Shown piece by piece: positions 1 through 12,769 of a DNA stretch of 64,000 nucleotides. The number at the start of each line of letters is the position of its first letter. Positions within the stretch are counted from its first letter, which is position 1. This DNA comes from Yuukianura sp. NJ FZ-2021. Its lineage: Eukaryota. The translations under genes and the position numbers were made by a program. Location: contig CM102284.1 of NCBI GenBank assembly GCA_046563655.1, forward strand, positions 3,534,001 to 3,598,000. Direction: 5' to 3'. A model generated the notes under the pieces. That model ran no database searches. It was not told the origin of the DNA and was given only the letters and a program-made list of their open reading frames with translations.

Positions 1-3000
1 GGATTTGGAGTTAGCATAACCTTAAGGAGGTGTGACCTATTAATTTCCAAATCCAATTCCCTTCTCTGGGATTTGTATGTAAGTTTACTTTCTTGTAAAT
101 TTATGGTTTCCTTCAATACCCTACACTTTTGTAGCCTTACATTTGGCGTAATTTATTTTATTTGTGAAAAGTCTTAGTATGGAACTGGGCGGTTTTAGTA
201 GCTTGGAGGAACCTTAACAATGGAAGTAACATATTTGAAATATTGCCCATTTCCCGTCACTCCGTCATCATTTCTGCTCCTTTGAAAAGCAGCAGGGGGG
301 AGGGGGGCTGTGGAGCAGAGGGTGCTTCGGAGTGCCCCTTTTCTATTTTCCCGTGGTTTTCCTTTTGAGCAGTTCCAAATAAAGTATGAAATATTGGATG
401 TCGGAGGGCCACCACTGTTCCCCCCTCTTGTCAGATCTGTTATGTCATCTGTCATAGAATAAATATTAAGCCATAAAAACAGACTTCACCCGATTTTTCA
501 CAAGTGACTCCACATTTATACACTGGAGCCACGCCATGGGCTTTTTTATTTCCATGGAGGACAGGGTGCACCGTTTGGCCCGTCACCACCACACCCTCCT
601 TCCCAACAACAACGACGGTGACATTTGACATATTGCCACATTTTCAAAATGAACAGAAACCTATGGGCCAAAAGCTCCCAAATCTTTTCAAAATTTCAAA
701 TTCCGAAGCGTTGATGTAATTGGGTTCCGGGGATTTACAGAAGAAACTCTCTGAATAGCATCAATTGAATTGTGAGATATTTGCAGGAGAACTTTTCAAA
801 ATTGAAACATGGTTTGAATTTATTCTGAAAAAACAAATTCAAATTCCAAAGATGTTAATGTCGTTGTAAAAATTTGAGACAAGGAAATGGGCATAGAACA
901 ACTACAGGCGCAGAATGAGAATTGGAGAGAAGAAAAGTTAATTATTATTGTCCAAGTTAATTTGGCAATTGCGAATTCTAGTCATCTCTTGCATGTAGAG
1001 GCTTAATGGTAGGTTTGGAAGTAGTAAGTTGGAGTAGTCATTCATCAGGCGGCTGTTGGACGTATGTAGGTAGCCATTGTTCTCTGTGCAAAAGTAACCC
1101 TCGTAACTCGCATGTATAAGTTGGAAATGTAGAAGAGATTTATGGAGGGAGGCTTTGAGGTAATTAAGTACCACAAGTCATCTCACACCTCAATTTATTA
1201 TCCCTACCTCCTAATCATCCTAATAAAGACAACGACTACGCAAGGTTACCTCCTGCCTTACTATATCTCGTCAAACAGGAAAACTACTCTTCAAAATATT
1301 GACAATCGCATCTCCAATCTTAATTATTTCCAATTGTACGATCATAAATCTTTGGACTTTTCTCAAGTTCAATTCATTCCATTTCGCAACAGTTCTCCCC
1401 CCATTAAACATTACGACTTAAACCACTTAAAGGCAGTGTCACTGAAACTACCAAATGACTTTTGTTAACTGTCAACTCCGGAGCTTCTTGTGCAGTATTA
1501 AGCAGGGGGTGTGAAGTGGGTTGAAGTTGACAAGGTTTGGTGGGTAGGTTGAAGTTTATGAAGGTTGAAGTAAGGCTGACTCAAGTTGACCCAAGAAGCC
1601 CACCGACGTCAGTTTGTAAGTTGAAACGTGGGTAAATTGGTTGAGAAGTGGTTGTTATGTTTTTGATTAAGCCATGTAAATGAGCCTACTTCTTAAGAGT
1701 ACTGGCAATTGAAGGGGCGGACGTGGTTGAGGCTAGGTTATAATTACAGCCCATTTCCCATTGTTCTGTGGGTGTTTGTGCCTGGGTAAGTACATGTCAT
1801 TAGACACACAATGGACCCAGTCCAATCCGCTTTGTCTTCCCTCTTCGTGATCAGCAGCCTTAAGTCTTTTCCCTATTATTTATGCAGGTGATGAATGGGC
1901 CTTCCTTAATCATCACCACCACATACTGCAGGAACACGCAGTACATGTCCACTGTGGCCCCCTCATACTTTTTGGAATACAGTGTATGTTACTGTGGGTC
2001 CTTTAGGTGGGACACTAGGAATAAAAAGTCTCTCCCAAGGCGCTTTTAATAATCGCAATAACAATAAAAATGCTACCGGTGGCTATTAAAGAAATGTTCA
2101 CAACCCAATTATTAAAATAATTAAAGCTACCATTAAACCAAAACAAAATACCAAATAGCGCTCCTACTTCGCGTTTTGAGAACTTTACCATTACAAAAGT
2201 ACAGTCAAATATTTGCTTCTACGTAACCAACATTTTAAAGATACAAAGGTTAGAGTTAGTTTAACTCAACAGCATGTTTAAAGTTTAAGTTTACTCTCTC
2301 TATCGTTAACAACAATGTTTCTCGCAAATTAACAATTAAGTGGAGTTAGACATTAATAACTGCGGCGGTTCAATTGATTAAGCACAATACGTAGACGTGG
2401 AGAAAATTTTGATCGGAGTAAAAGTGCCATTTTTCGAATATTTATTGTGAGTAATGTGAAATTGATGATTTGGAAGGAAGTAAAGTAAATCTAAAGACGA
2501 TAATAAAGTAATATGGTAAGGAAATGCCGGTTTGAGGAGAAGACTGAAATGGTTCTTTTCATGTGAAATGGAAAAATGGGAAAACACTTGAACGTAAATT
2601 TACGACGTAGAGATTAACATGGAGCGGCAGCGGCAGCGGTGCAAGCCGAACTCAAGCGAGACGCTGGTCGCTACTACACAAAACTTCCATAAACTTTTAC
2701 TGCCCGCTTTCACTACCCTTCTCCGTATAGACTCCGATTACCGTGATGTAATAATTTTGCAAATTTTATTAGCTTCAAGGGTGGGGTCAACCCTCATAAA
2801 CAACCCATATAATGTTCGAAATGGGTTTCACCATTAAAATTTCCACCTTGGCCATATACCCCTCACCCCCTTTACCCCCCCCCCCCCCCTTCTTTTACCA
2901 GCAAAGCACTACACAACTTGTGAACATTATAAAAGTACTGACATGTCTTCCAAATGTGAAAAGTAATCAACGACTTGGGGTAATTTTTCTTTTGTTTTTC

Positions 3001-5661
3001 GTGCAAATTTTTCTTGTTGCCTCAAAACAATAGATGGTTTGAAAACAAAAGAATCCAAAGTGGAATCTCTGTTTGAAATCTTTAGAAATTGTATGTGTAC
3101 ATGGACTCGTATTATTATTATTGCTCACTTTATGATTCCATATGAATTATGGCTTTATTACCGACAGAGATTGCCTCTTCTACTCCCTCTGCTTTATGAT
3201 GATTACCTTTCAAGAATTACGCTACAACTGCACTCCACCCTCCTCTCCCTACAGGTAAAAATCATGCACAAATTTCACCTCCTTCGACGAAAACACAAAA
3301 ACTTGAATTACTGGCAGTTACAATTAAATTGAATCGCAAACAGCAACTTCTGAAAACAATTACAGAAGCTCCGAGCCTGTACTAACTAAGAGGAAGTGGG
3401 CTGAACAAAAGTAAACTTTTAATACCATGTTGTTCCTTTTAACATTTTTTACAAAGTTGAACTTAAAAGTATAATGTATCACTCCTAATAACTGGGTATA
3501 AAATTAATAGACTGGAAGGCAATTTAAAATGTAACTGTTGTAAAAAGTTATAATCTTCCAACTTTTTATAAATGCGAATCCTCAACACTTCCTACTCTTT
3601 TAGCCAACATTTTTTCTTTATTACGATCATTATAATTCGAATTAAGAAAAAAAACAACATTTCTGTTTTGTAGAAAATTATTTGAAAGAAATCAAAGTTG
3701 AGGAAATTCGCAACCTCTCTAATAAAGAGTGATGCTTAAAACACTCTCTATTACAGAGGTTGAAAATTTCTAGCTAATTTTTTTTTTGGTTTTGGCGTAG
3801 CCATAAATTGTGAAGTTTTCGTTAATTGAATTTGACAATGGGATGCTATAACCACATGTGTGTTTTTTTTCATTTTAGTCAGTAAGATAAAGTGGTACTT
3901 ATCGAGAACTGTTACTTAAAAAAGCAATAGAAATTAATGAAGGTTTGTCCAGAGAAAGTTGGATACTGTCACATATGTTTTCCCTGAAGGCTTCAATGGC
4001 ACTAACAACACAATGGGCCAATCTGCCCTTCTCGCTTTTTTCTTCTAATTTATCCCTCCCCAGCGTATTTTGTTGCATAATTGTCACATTATTTTCCAAA
4101 AGTGATTTTTATGTTTTTCAAACCTCATTCAAATGCAAATGAAACTCAACTTTCTCCGTACGCACAACACACATTTTTCAATTTCTATCTCAAAACTTTT
4201 CTAATACAAAACTTTATTATCAGAAAGTTGACAATTTTATGTTCAAAGTATTTTTTTTAAATGTTCAAAATGCGTTCGCGATACACTTCAAAAGTTGAAA
4301 AAATATTTATAAACTGAAGTAATTTTGATATTTTATAATTTTAATTTATATTATACAGCGATGTGTATATAAAAACATAACTTTTGACATGATTCAACGA
4401 TTCAAGTTATCGAAAAGCAGAACAATTTTTCAAAACCTGAAAGTTTTAAAAATTCGTTCCACATTCTTTCGTTTGCATGAGCCAAAAAATTAATTTTGAT
4501 GTGACCGAGGAGATTCGTGGCTCTAGTAGCGTTAAGCCATGAATCATGAACGCGGGAAAGAAGATGAAGAATGTTCTGTTGGACTTGGTGTTTTAATTTG
4601 AATAATCGATCATCCTCCGATAGAAGGGAAAGGAGGGGAAGTGACAGGTTGAATTTATGGAGTCGAAGTATAGTGGCACAAGAGACTTTGAAAACTGGTG
4701 GTAGTGGTTCCTTTCCTTTTCAAAGGAAGCGAAGTTAGGAAGACAAACGACGTTTCCATGGATCCAGTATAACCTAAAGGCTCTGGAGTGTTGGCTGGCT
4801 AAAATCCATTCTTTGGAGCCAAATAATGACAAATGACCCCCCTGACGTGATAATGAGTTGACTATCAAATAATAATGGGCAATAACCCCAGTCATCTTCC
4901 CCTATTTATCACACACAAACCTACACCATGAGCCATCCAGTTCCAGCCGCGATCAGCTCCAGCCACATCCGACCGCTTTCTCTCCGAATCCAGCCTTCAT
5001 AAATCTCATTTTAGAAACCGAATTCCATTTATCGCTTGCTCCGAAAAAAACAAGCGAGTGAAAGTCTTGTCTGAATTTACTCCCAAAAATGACGCCTGCT
5101 TAACCGCACCCCTCATTTACAACTTTGTATAAAACTAAGCCGGAGATCTTATCATAACCTTGTCCTGTTTTGTATTCTCCATTTTGAAAAATTTAAAAAC
5201 GTGTTTTGAAATGTAAAATTTTGAGATTTAAAAAACAACGGCCGTCGTTTCTTTGAAATCAGTTGAGTCCAGCCCTTACCAAACGGGGGGAAGTTGACAC
5301 TTTTTATTTTGTTTGTTGTGTTGTCGACGGATAAATTTTAGTCTAATCGTTCCTGAGCACAAGTCGTGTTGTTATCGGCCACTTTCCATGTTTGAGTGGT
5401 GTATCAGAAATAGGGAATTGGCGTTGTGTTGTTGACTTGGGCGGAAGGGCTTTTGTTTCTGGGAAAAGCGTGGGTGAGTGGCCTGGAATGGGCAATAAAT
5501 AAGGGAGATTGAGCAGTAGCCAAAGTGCTCTTCCCACTCCATTGACACTCATGAGATAACAATGAGAGGAAGCGATAAATACTCCACTTGACACGTTGGA
5601 CACCCTAATTCATCATCTTCAGCCTTACTCACAACAAACACAAACAAATACGGAATTTGGG

Positions 5662-6206
5662 CCAAAGCCCCACTCACACTTAACTTGTCTTTAGAAACAG
5701 ACGCGGACTGGAACTTTTCAAAATTTTTGAATTGGCGTGGACAACTAGAGACAGAGAAAGCACTGATTCCAGAACGATCTGTTCCAACTAAAGCCAAATG
5801 CACACCATATGAGCCAATTTTTTCGCAATCTAAAGTCCGGTACACACTGAATAAAGAAATACTTTCACTACATAAAGCGCGGTGCATACTGAATCCGGAA
5901 ATTCTTGATCTTGCACAGTTCACTGTGCAGTGCACACTGTATGCTGAAACTCTTGCAAAAAATTCCCCGGACAGTAGTACAGAAGATAAATCCCGCTACA
6001 GATTGAGTGTAAACATTGTTATCAACCTAAAGTTCTGTTCACACAAAAAACATAAGAAAGCGATGAGCGATTGGTGCGAAGTAGTGCAAGCGTTGGGTCC
6101 GTTCTTTTGCGAGCTAAAGCTTGATTCGTTGGTTCAAATCAGCTTTCAAAAACCATAAAACGGTTTAGGTGTTTTCTGCAGGGCTAAAGGCTGGTTCACA
6201 CTAATA
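5662..6206 (+). repeat. Array of ~7 degenerate direct copies of a ~20-bp motif (consensus approx. CTAAAGnccggTnCACACTG) resembling TAA + PIF/Harbinger terminal sequence
   Basis: Copies at 5662 CCAAAGCCCCACTCACACTT, 5788 CTAAAGCCAAATGCACACCA, 5830 CTAAAGTCCGGTACACACTG, 5872 ATAAAGCGCGGTGCATACTG, 5920 TCACTGTGCAGTGCACACTG (5' half degenerate), 5986 ATAAATCCCGCTACAGATTG, 6027 CTAAAGTTCTGTTCACACAA, 6184 CTAAAGGCTGGTTCACACTA. Spacings of 42, 42, 48 and 41 bp in the core. Confidence 0.6.
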
Positions 6207-9200
6207 ATACGGCCAAAAAACAAAACACGAAAACAGGCTTACTACTTATCGACACCTACGAGCCCTGCGAAGGTAAAATTATTTTAATTACCGTTTCCTC
6301 CCAATTTGACTTTTTGGCACCACCACTTCACCCCAAACCAGCATCAAGTGCCAAGGTGGACTTGGATAAAGTGATTTACGACTCCTCAAAGGCCCCACCA
6401 CTTTTAAAAACTTCTCAAAACTTCATCACAAAATCCTCCCAGATAATAAAAAGTAAACAGCTTCCTCCTGTTCTCCTTCCCTAAAGTGGCAGCAATAAAA
6501 TTTGGAAAGATAATGTCAAACAGAAGCAGAAGACTTTTGCTAATGGAGAAAAGAAATAGTTGGCCAAATAATTATTTCTTACAATTTCAATAAAATTTGA
6601 AGAAACTTCTTCAAAAACAGAAGTGAGTGGGCCGTAATGGATCTGATGTGTCACTCCCGTCCTTAACTTTCTGCCGTCATCGTCGTAGTGGAAGAAGTGA
6701 AACTTACAAAAAGTAAAACGAAAATGGCAACATTTTTTTGTAGTTTGTAGTAAAGTAAATAAATTGGCAGACATTTATGACAGAGCAGTATTTGGAAAAG
6801 GGCGACAAAGTGACAAGGGAGGAGGAAGCATACGGGAATCACATTTTTGCAAAAACACAAAGATTTATGACACTAGGCCAGTGGACAACAGACAGAACAA
6901 TTTTTTAAGGCCGACCTGTCACACTGCTCCAACTACAATTTACAAAATTTCAACTCAAAATGAGAAATCATGGTCATAAATTAACTCGTTTGCTAAAAAC
7001 GAGAATTCTAACAAGCCTTTCCAAAAATTTTCCAAAAACTGAAAATTCAAAAACGTTTTTACAAAGTTAGTCATTTGAAGTCACGCCCTTTAATAAACTT
7101 TGATCCAAACTTCAATCAGTTATTACTTTTTAGACATGAAAAGCGTTTCGCGTTTAGTTCTTTTTAGTCGTTTTCAAAAAAATTTTCACACCTCGAACAC
7201 AATAAAAGCATGAAGTGTCCATTTGCAAAATAAGTGTGTTTCCCAATTCATTTCCTGTTGGTAATCACTTTCCTATGGAAAAAGGAAGCCTTCAAGTAGG
7301 ATAAGATCGGAGTTCTGCAGGAAACGAATCAAACTGGATCATAATTCATAAATGATTTGAAGCGTCGGCTATTAATGACCCAATCAACCAACTGCAAATG
7401 AACATAAACGACTTAAACAAAATTCAAATGTAAAAACCTAACATGCAAACCTACTTAACCTAACTAGCCTAACCCACCTACCTAAAATCCAAATATTTCA
7501 TGCAGAATGGTGTGAAGGATGAGTAATACATAAGTTTTTTTTAGTATTATTTTGGACATAATATTTTGAGTTGTACCAAACCTAGTGCATGAAGTTGTGG
7601 CTTCATTGAAATTGGATGTTTGAGAGTTGGCAGGTAGGATGATATAATTTTGGTTGAACATGACATGACGTGGGGGTGTCAGAACGCATTTCCTATTCAG
7701 CCTAAGTGGAAATTATAATGCAAAAACACATCCGCCAAAAGGAGCTAAGGGGAAGTGGAGCTTATAAAAGAAAGCTTTGGCAGAAGCAGATGCTTCACGT
7801 TAGGTTATGCTAGCAGAGGCAGCGTAGGCTTTAGGATTTGATGGATTGAGGATTTTCGGAACATATTTTATCCGTGACGGGCTGTCTTTTTGGGCTGCCG
7901 CTTCTTCTTCCTGTCTTCAATTGAAAATAACATTATTATGCAATGTGGCTCAACAACTAAGAGGGAAATGATGACTGATGACATTGCAACCAGAGTCTGG
8001 CATCTATTCCGTTGTCATTCTTCCAGCATTACTTCATTCCTATTCTGATCGGATACGCTGCAGGTTCAACTGGAAGGCCAAGGTTTTCTGGTCGAAAGTG
8101 CGAGGCTAGCCGGAACAAGCTGCGCTTCGGGCTTGGAAAAATCGGCTTTGCGGGGTGGTAGAAACCACTTTTTAAACTGAAATTAAGCTGTAGAATAGTG
8201 TGAACGAAGGTTGCGATCGGATATGCTCGGGAATATTGCCGAAGATTAGCGAAAACCAGGAGTGGTCGCACTAGGTCGTTTTCAGCTGGCTGTATTGGAG
8301 TTGATTTTAAGCAGCTACTTCACATGTTCTAGGTCACTAACTTCACCAAGGTAAAGTTAGGTTGGTTTAGCCTAAGATTAGTTGGTTAGACTAGTCTGTC
8401 CAAGGTACCCCAATTCGAAGGTCATTTGGGGAAACAACGGATGCTTAAGCTGTCGATAGCTGAAACCTGCCAAATGTGAGTATCTGTCGACCGTGGATTG
8501 TTTTTGTTGGAAGACGTGAAACGTGACGTGAGTGGAAACAAGGTCCATTGCTTGTGGTAGGGTTGAAGTGGTGGTTTTGTTTGTGAATGTCCGTTGAGAC
8601 ATCAATCATTCTTCCATCTTTGAGAAGTTGAAGTGTAATTTATCACTGTGTGGATGACTTCCCTAATGACCTACCATTTGGAGAAGACACAGATGAAAGG
8701 GAAACCACACCACCACCACTTCCAACTTCAAAATTAACTTAAGCTCGTCTTCACTCCTCACTCTCAATCCTTGGAGCCCAAAATAAAGATCACCTTTGAG
8801 ATCATCTCTCCAAGGAGATCCCTGTCTTCTACAAATGATGAATTATCATAAATTACCTTGTCCCATCCATTCTTCCCAAAGACTCATCATTCCTTGTCAC
8901 GCATGCGTCGTCCTGTCGCTTTTGTGTCCAATTGTGGCCACAGAAACCGCAAGTGTCAATCATCCTTTTGTTTTCATTTTTCTCCCGTCATCCCACACTC
9001 CATCATCCATCTTCCCAAATTGTTCCGGACCACCAGGAGCTCAACTCTAAATTTTCGAAAATTCAAATTTCTGAAAAAATAAAGTGAATTGTCTGAAATT
9101 TTGGAAGTCTAAACAAGATTGACATAAGGGCTTAGACGCTCAGACCAAGCTGAGCTGACTGACTTTTGAAATTTGACTGCCAAAGCCCATTATGTTTTGG

Positions 9201-9785
9201 ACGCCTCGGAAGACTGAAGTAGACATGCACTTTGTTACCTGTGTACCCAAGGAAATTCGGCTGTCACGACATGACATAAAAATCGTGATGTCGGCAAAAG
9301 CGACTTTTTCTTTTTTCAAAGGACACGTTAGTTGAGTAAAAGCGACGTCCTGGAGGGGAGGAAAGTGTCGACGCGTCATCGTGATCTCATATGTCACTCC
9401 CAAGGGAACCCAAAGCTAATGGACTCTTGGCAACAAAACCAAATGGAGGATCCTAAAGCCTTTTCCTTACCCACGAGGGAACAACTTTCCAGCACAAGAA
9501 TATTATGACCGTGGCAGTGGGATAACCTAATGCACCGCCGCGGTGTGTACTTACTTACAGCCTGCTTCACTTTTAGAGTCAACTTGATCTTGTTTCAAAT
9601 TAAAAAGGCTTTTAGAACGTGCTAACATTTTAAGACCTGATTTATTTTCCGAGTGACAACTTTTCAGTTTGGAGTGACAAATTAAAATGGAGAATTTGGA
9701 CTAAATTTGTTTTTGCGTGGGTTGAGCTACTTTTTCTTGTTTTTCTGTTTTGGCTGTAGCATTTTGATTGATCGTCTTACGGTTT

Positions 9786-11236
9786 TTAGGACAAGGAGAT
9801 CCTAAACAAACAGAGGAAAAAAAAAACTCACTTTAGCATTTCGAGGTTTTTCGAAAAATGTCATTAATTTCAGTTTTTTTTTTGCAGAAAATTCAAAAAC
9901 GTACCAAGTGAAGTGTTCCTTGGTTCTGAATCGCTTTGTATGTGGCGTCGGCGGTGGAATTGGAGAAAGTGGTCGTGGAGTTGAGTCTTGTTGTGACATG
10001 GGCCGCGGAGTTGTTGGTTCGATGACCATATTAGCACTGCCCGGCCGTGAATTCTGTACCGGTGAAAAGTTAAAGGTCACTGGCCTTTCACTGCAAGGTT
10101 GACCTTGGCCGAATACAGGCCTTGGGCTATGTTCGACAACAGATCTTGGGCTGTCATTTGTAGGATCGAAGCAATAACGCTGCGTATCAGCCGTGGAAGG
10201 AGGGGAATGCTGAACAGCAATGTTGTTGTTTTGGTCGGTTTTCGGTTCAGAATGGATCGTAGCTGGTCGGACGTGCGCGTTAGGCAAAGATGACTCGGGA
10301 ACCGTGGCTCGGAATGAAGGAATCCGGCTTCGGGTGACAAGGCGACGAACAATGGCGTTTCCAAGCTGCTGTTGAGGTTCTGGACAGAGCAATCGTGAGA
10401 CACTGCGCCGTTCTTCAGTTTCTTCCTTTTGTGATTCCGGTTTCAAGTTCGGTTCGGTGGGTGAATCCGGAGTTTGAGTTTGTACGCATGCGTATTCCCG
10501 CTTAATCGCTGGATGAGCCGTGGCGGTGACCCGTTGTGGTCGAAGTCCAGCACCGCTGGCTAGACCAGATTGAACAACAGTTGACCTCGGAATTTGTGAG
10601 TTGGAAAGCTTGAGCGGCAGTTGGTGGACTTTGGGATACGAAAATTGTGGAATTTTCGTTTTAGAACTCCACGGCTGCGGATGACCTGTGCCTTGACGGC
10701 CTTTGGCGAACGGCTTCGTAGCTTGAGAAGTGTTGGAGGTATTGGAAATTGAGGTTGCGAGGTCATGTCCTTGGCTTTTGACTTGAGCACGAGGTTGTGC
10801 TTTGATTGTAGGAATAAATCCGGTAGAGGTCATGCGGTAGGGTGACGCAGGTCGGTGTTTTTGAGTACCCGGGCGTCGATGAACTTCGGCTGGAAGTCGT
10901 CCGGTTGAAGGTGGTTGACGTTGGATACTGGTTTGTCCGAATCCAGCAAACTCAGCAGTGACTCCTTGCTGAACATCTCCTGCGCAGGCTACAAATAAAT
11001 GTCAGAAATGAGAATTATGATTTTGAAAGTGTGAGCTTGCCTGTTTTCCAATTTTGAACTGGAAATTTCCGATTTTGCAAGTTATACTCACCCGTTTGAC
11101 CTTTCGTGGAGGTCGTTTCTTCGACGAGGAGCTGAACGAAATGATTTAATTTGGCAATTGCGTGTCTGTCACTTCCAACTCCCGTCCGAATCCAATTGAT
11201 TAGCTTTCTAGCTACAGCCACCTCGTTCTGGTCCAT
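9786..11236 (-). CDS. Protein of unknown family, ~414 aa, short helical N-terminus plus long S/P/T/R-rich disordered region with SxIP motifs; exons 11236-11092, 10988-9905, 9801-9786
   Basis: ATG at 11236 (MDQNEVAVARKLINWIRTG...). Donor GTGAGT after 11092; acceptor TTTGTAG before 10988, in frame with the 343-aa ORF 9802..10833. Donor GTACGT after 9905; acceptor TTTGTTTAG before 9801, giving ...KEHFTWISLS-stop. Intron phases are consistent. Confidence 0.7.
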
Positions 11237-11374
11237 GGTCAACACAAACTTGATAGACAGACGATAGGAGCTAACTTTATGACCTGACGCCTCCTCCAAA
11301 AAAATTTTGAATTGGGTTTGAATTTGAATTTTCGAAAACAATTGGCATCAAGTAAACTCTGATTTTCTGAAGTG

Positions 11375-11389
11375 GTTTCCCATGGCAAC
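11375..11389 (-). promoter_or_regulatory. RFX X-box (GTTGCC-ATG-GGAAAC on minus strand) ~140 bp upstream of the unassigned gene's ATG
   Basis: Plus strand GTTTCCCATGGCAAC matches the X-box consensus (two half sites with 3-nt spacer, one perfect GGCAAC half site). Confidence 0.55.
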
Positions 11390-12769
11390 ATTAACTTTTA
11401 AAATTTATGAAACTAATGTGAAAATTAAAAAAGTTGAATCGTTAAAAATGAGAAAGTTGGTTGTTTTTTGAGTTTCATGAAATGAGAGCCTTGGATGGTA
11501 GTTTGGTTGATGGGCAGAGATTGACATGGGACATGAACAAGATTAATCATAGTCATCAGGAGTAATTGCAAGGATGATAAATGGTTCACATGTCAAAAGA
11601 CATTTATGACAAACGACATATTTGACATTTGACAAACTGTCAAATGACCTCCATTGTCCACTCTTTCAAAACACTCCCCAAATGACATGAAATTTACACA
11701 TAAAAAGTGTTGCAAAACACAATGTGGAATAAATTTTGATTTTTTTTTAAATCCTCAAAGACTAAATAAATTCTTGCAGAAACATGGTCAGATCGTTTGA
11801 ATATATTTTTGAAATTTTATTTGATATTTTTTGATTTTGTTGGTTCAAATTATTAAATATAATCTTAGAATTCTAAATTAAAACAAGCGTAGTATAACTT
11901 ATAGAAGACTTGAAGGATTGTTATTACGTCAACAATGAACTGAACAACTCACTTCTTTAGTTGAACAATAATAATCAAGGTGAGTTTAGAAGAAGGTGAC
12001 CCCTGTCAAGCATGTCAGTGTCACTGTCATTCAAGCCTTTTGACAACACTGCCCCCTCATGCATCCTCATCACAAAAGTACTTGGAGGGACGCCAAAAAC
12101 GGCGCCAACGTTAAATTAAACAGTGGAAATTAAGTATTATAAAGAGAGTCATTGTGACATTGGAGCTTTACATGATTGATTTTCATAGACATTTCGACAT
12201 GATCGTCAAAAACACTTTGACACCCGGAACTAAAAGAAAACAGTGTTGTCATTGGACGAAAAAACACAAGAAAAACAAGACGTGACACTTGATTTTAATT
12301 AAAACTCGTTTCGATGCAATAAAAGGGATAACGCTGTAAGCTGAATTCAAAAAAAGTTATTGACTACATTTAATTGAGTTTTGTCAAAGTTGACCTCTGC
12401 TGTCACTCACTTGTCTGGGAGTTTTACAAATAATGAATGAATCCTTCGTAATTGATTAAAGTTAAAAGATAATTAATTATTAACAGTTACCTTCTAGGTT
12501 AATTATTTAAAATAATTTCAAAGACGATTCTTGCAGTTGTATGGACACAATTGGTTTTTAAATGAGCTTCACAAAGTTGACTGATATTTCAAGAAACTTT
12601 TTTTCTTGGAAAAAGTTGCTGCTTTTTTCTCGAAAAAGTTTCTTGTCTGGGATTTCCTTAAAGAGGAGCGTCCTAAGACAAAACTTCTTCGCTATTGAGT
12701 GTTGACTCACGTGCTACGTCATCACGTTTAGGAGTGAAATGGTCCGATTCACACACTACGCTACCAAGT

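Noticed and set aside
2859..2890. Poly-C tract (potential G-quadruplex on minus strand)
   Set aside because: Simple homopolymer with no functional context.
5685..6158. 157-aa plus-strand ORF
   Set aside because: Starts at TTG, has no recognisable domain or splice context, and overlaps the periodic repeat array; probably fortuitous.
5662..6206. CRISPR array interpretation
   Set aside because: Eukaryotic intron-containing DNA, very degenerate repeats and no cas genes; reported as a repeat array instead.
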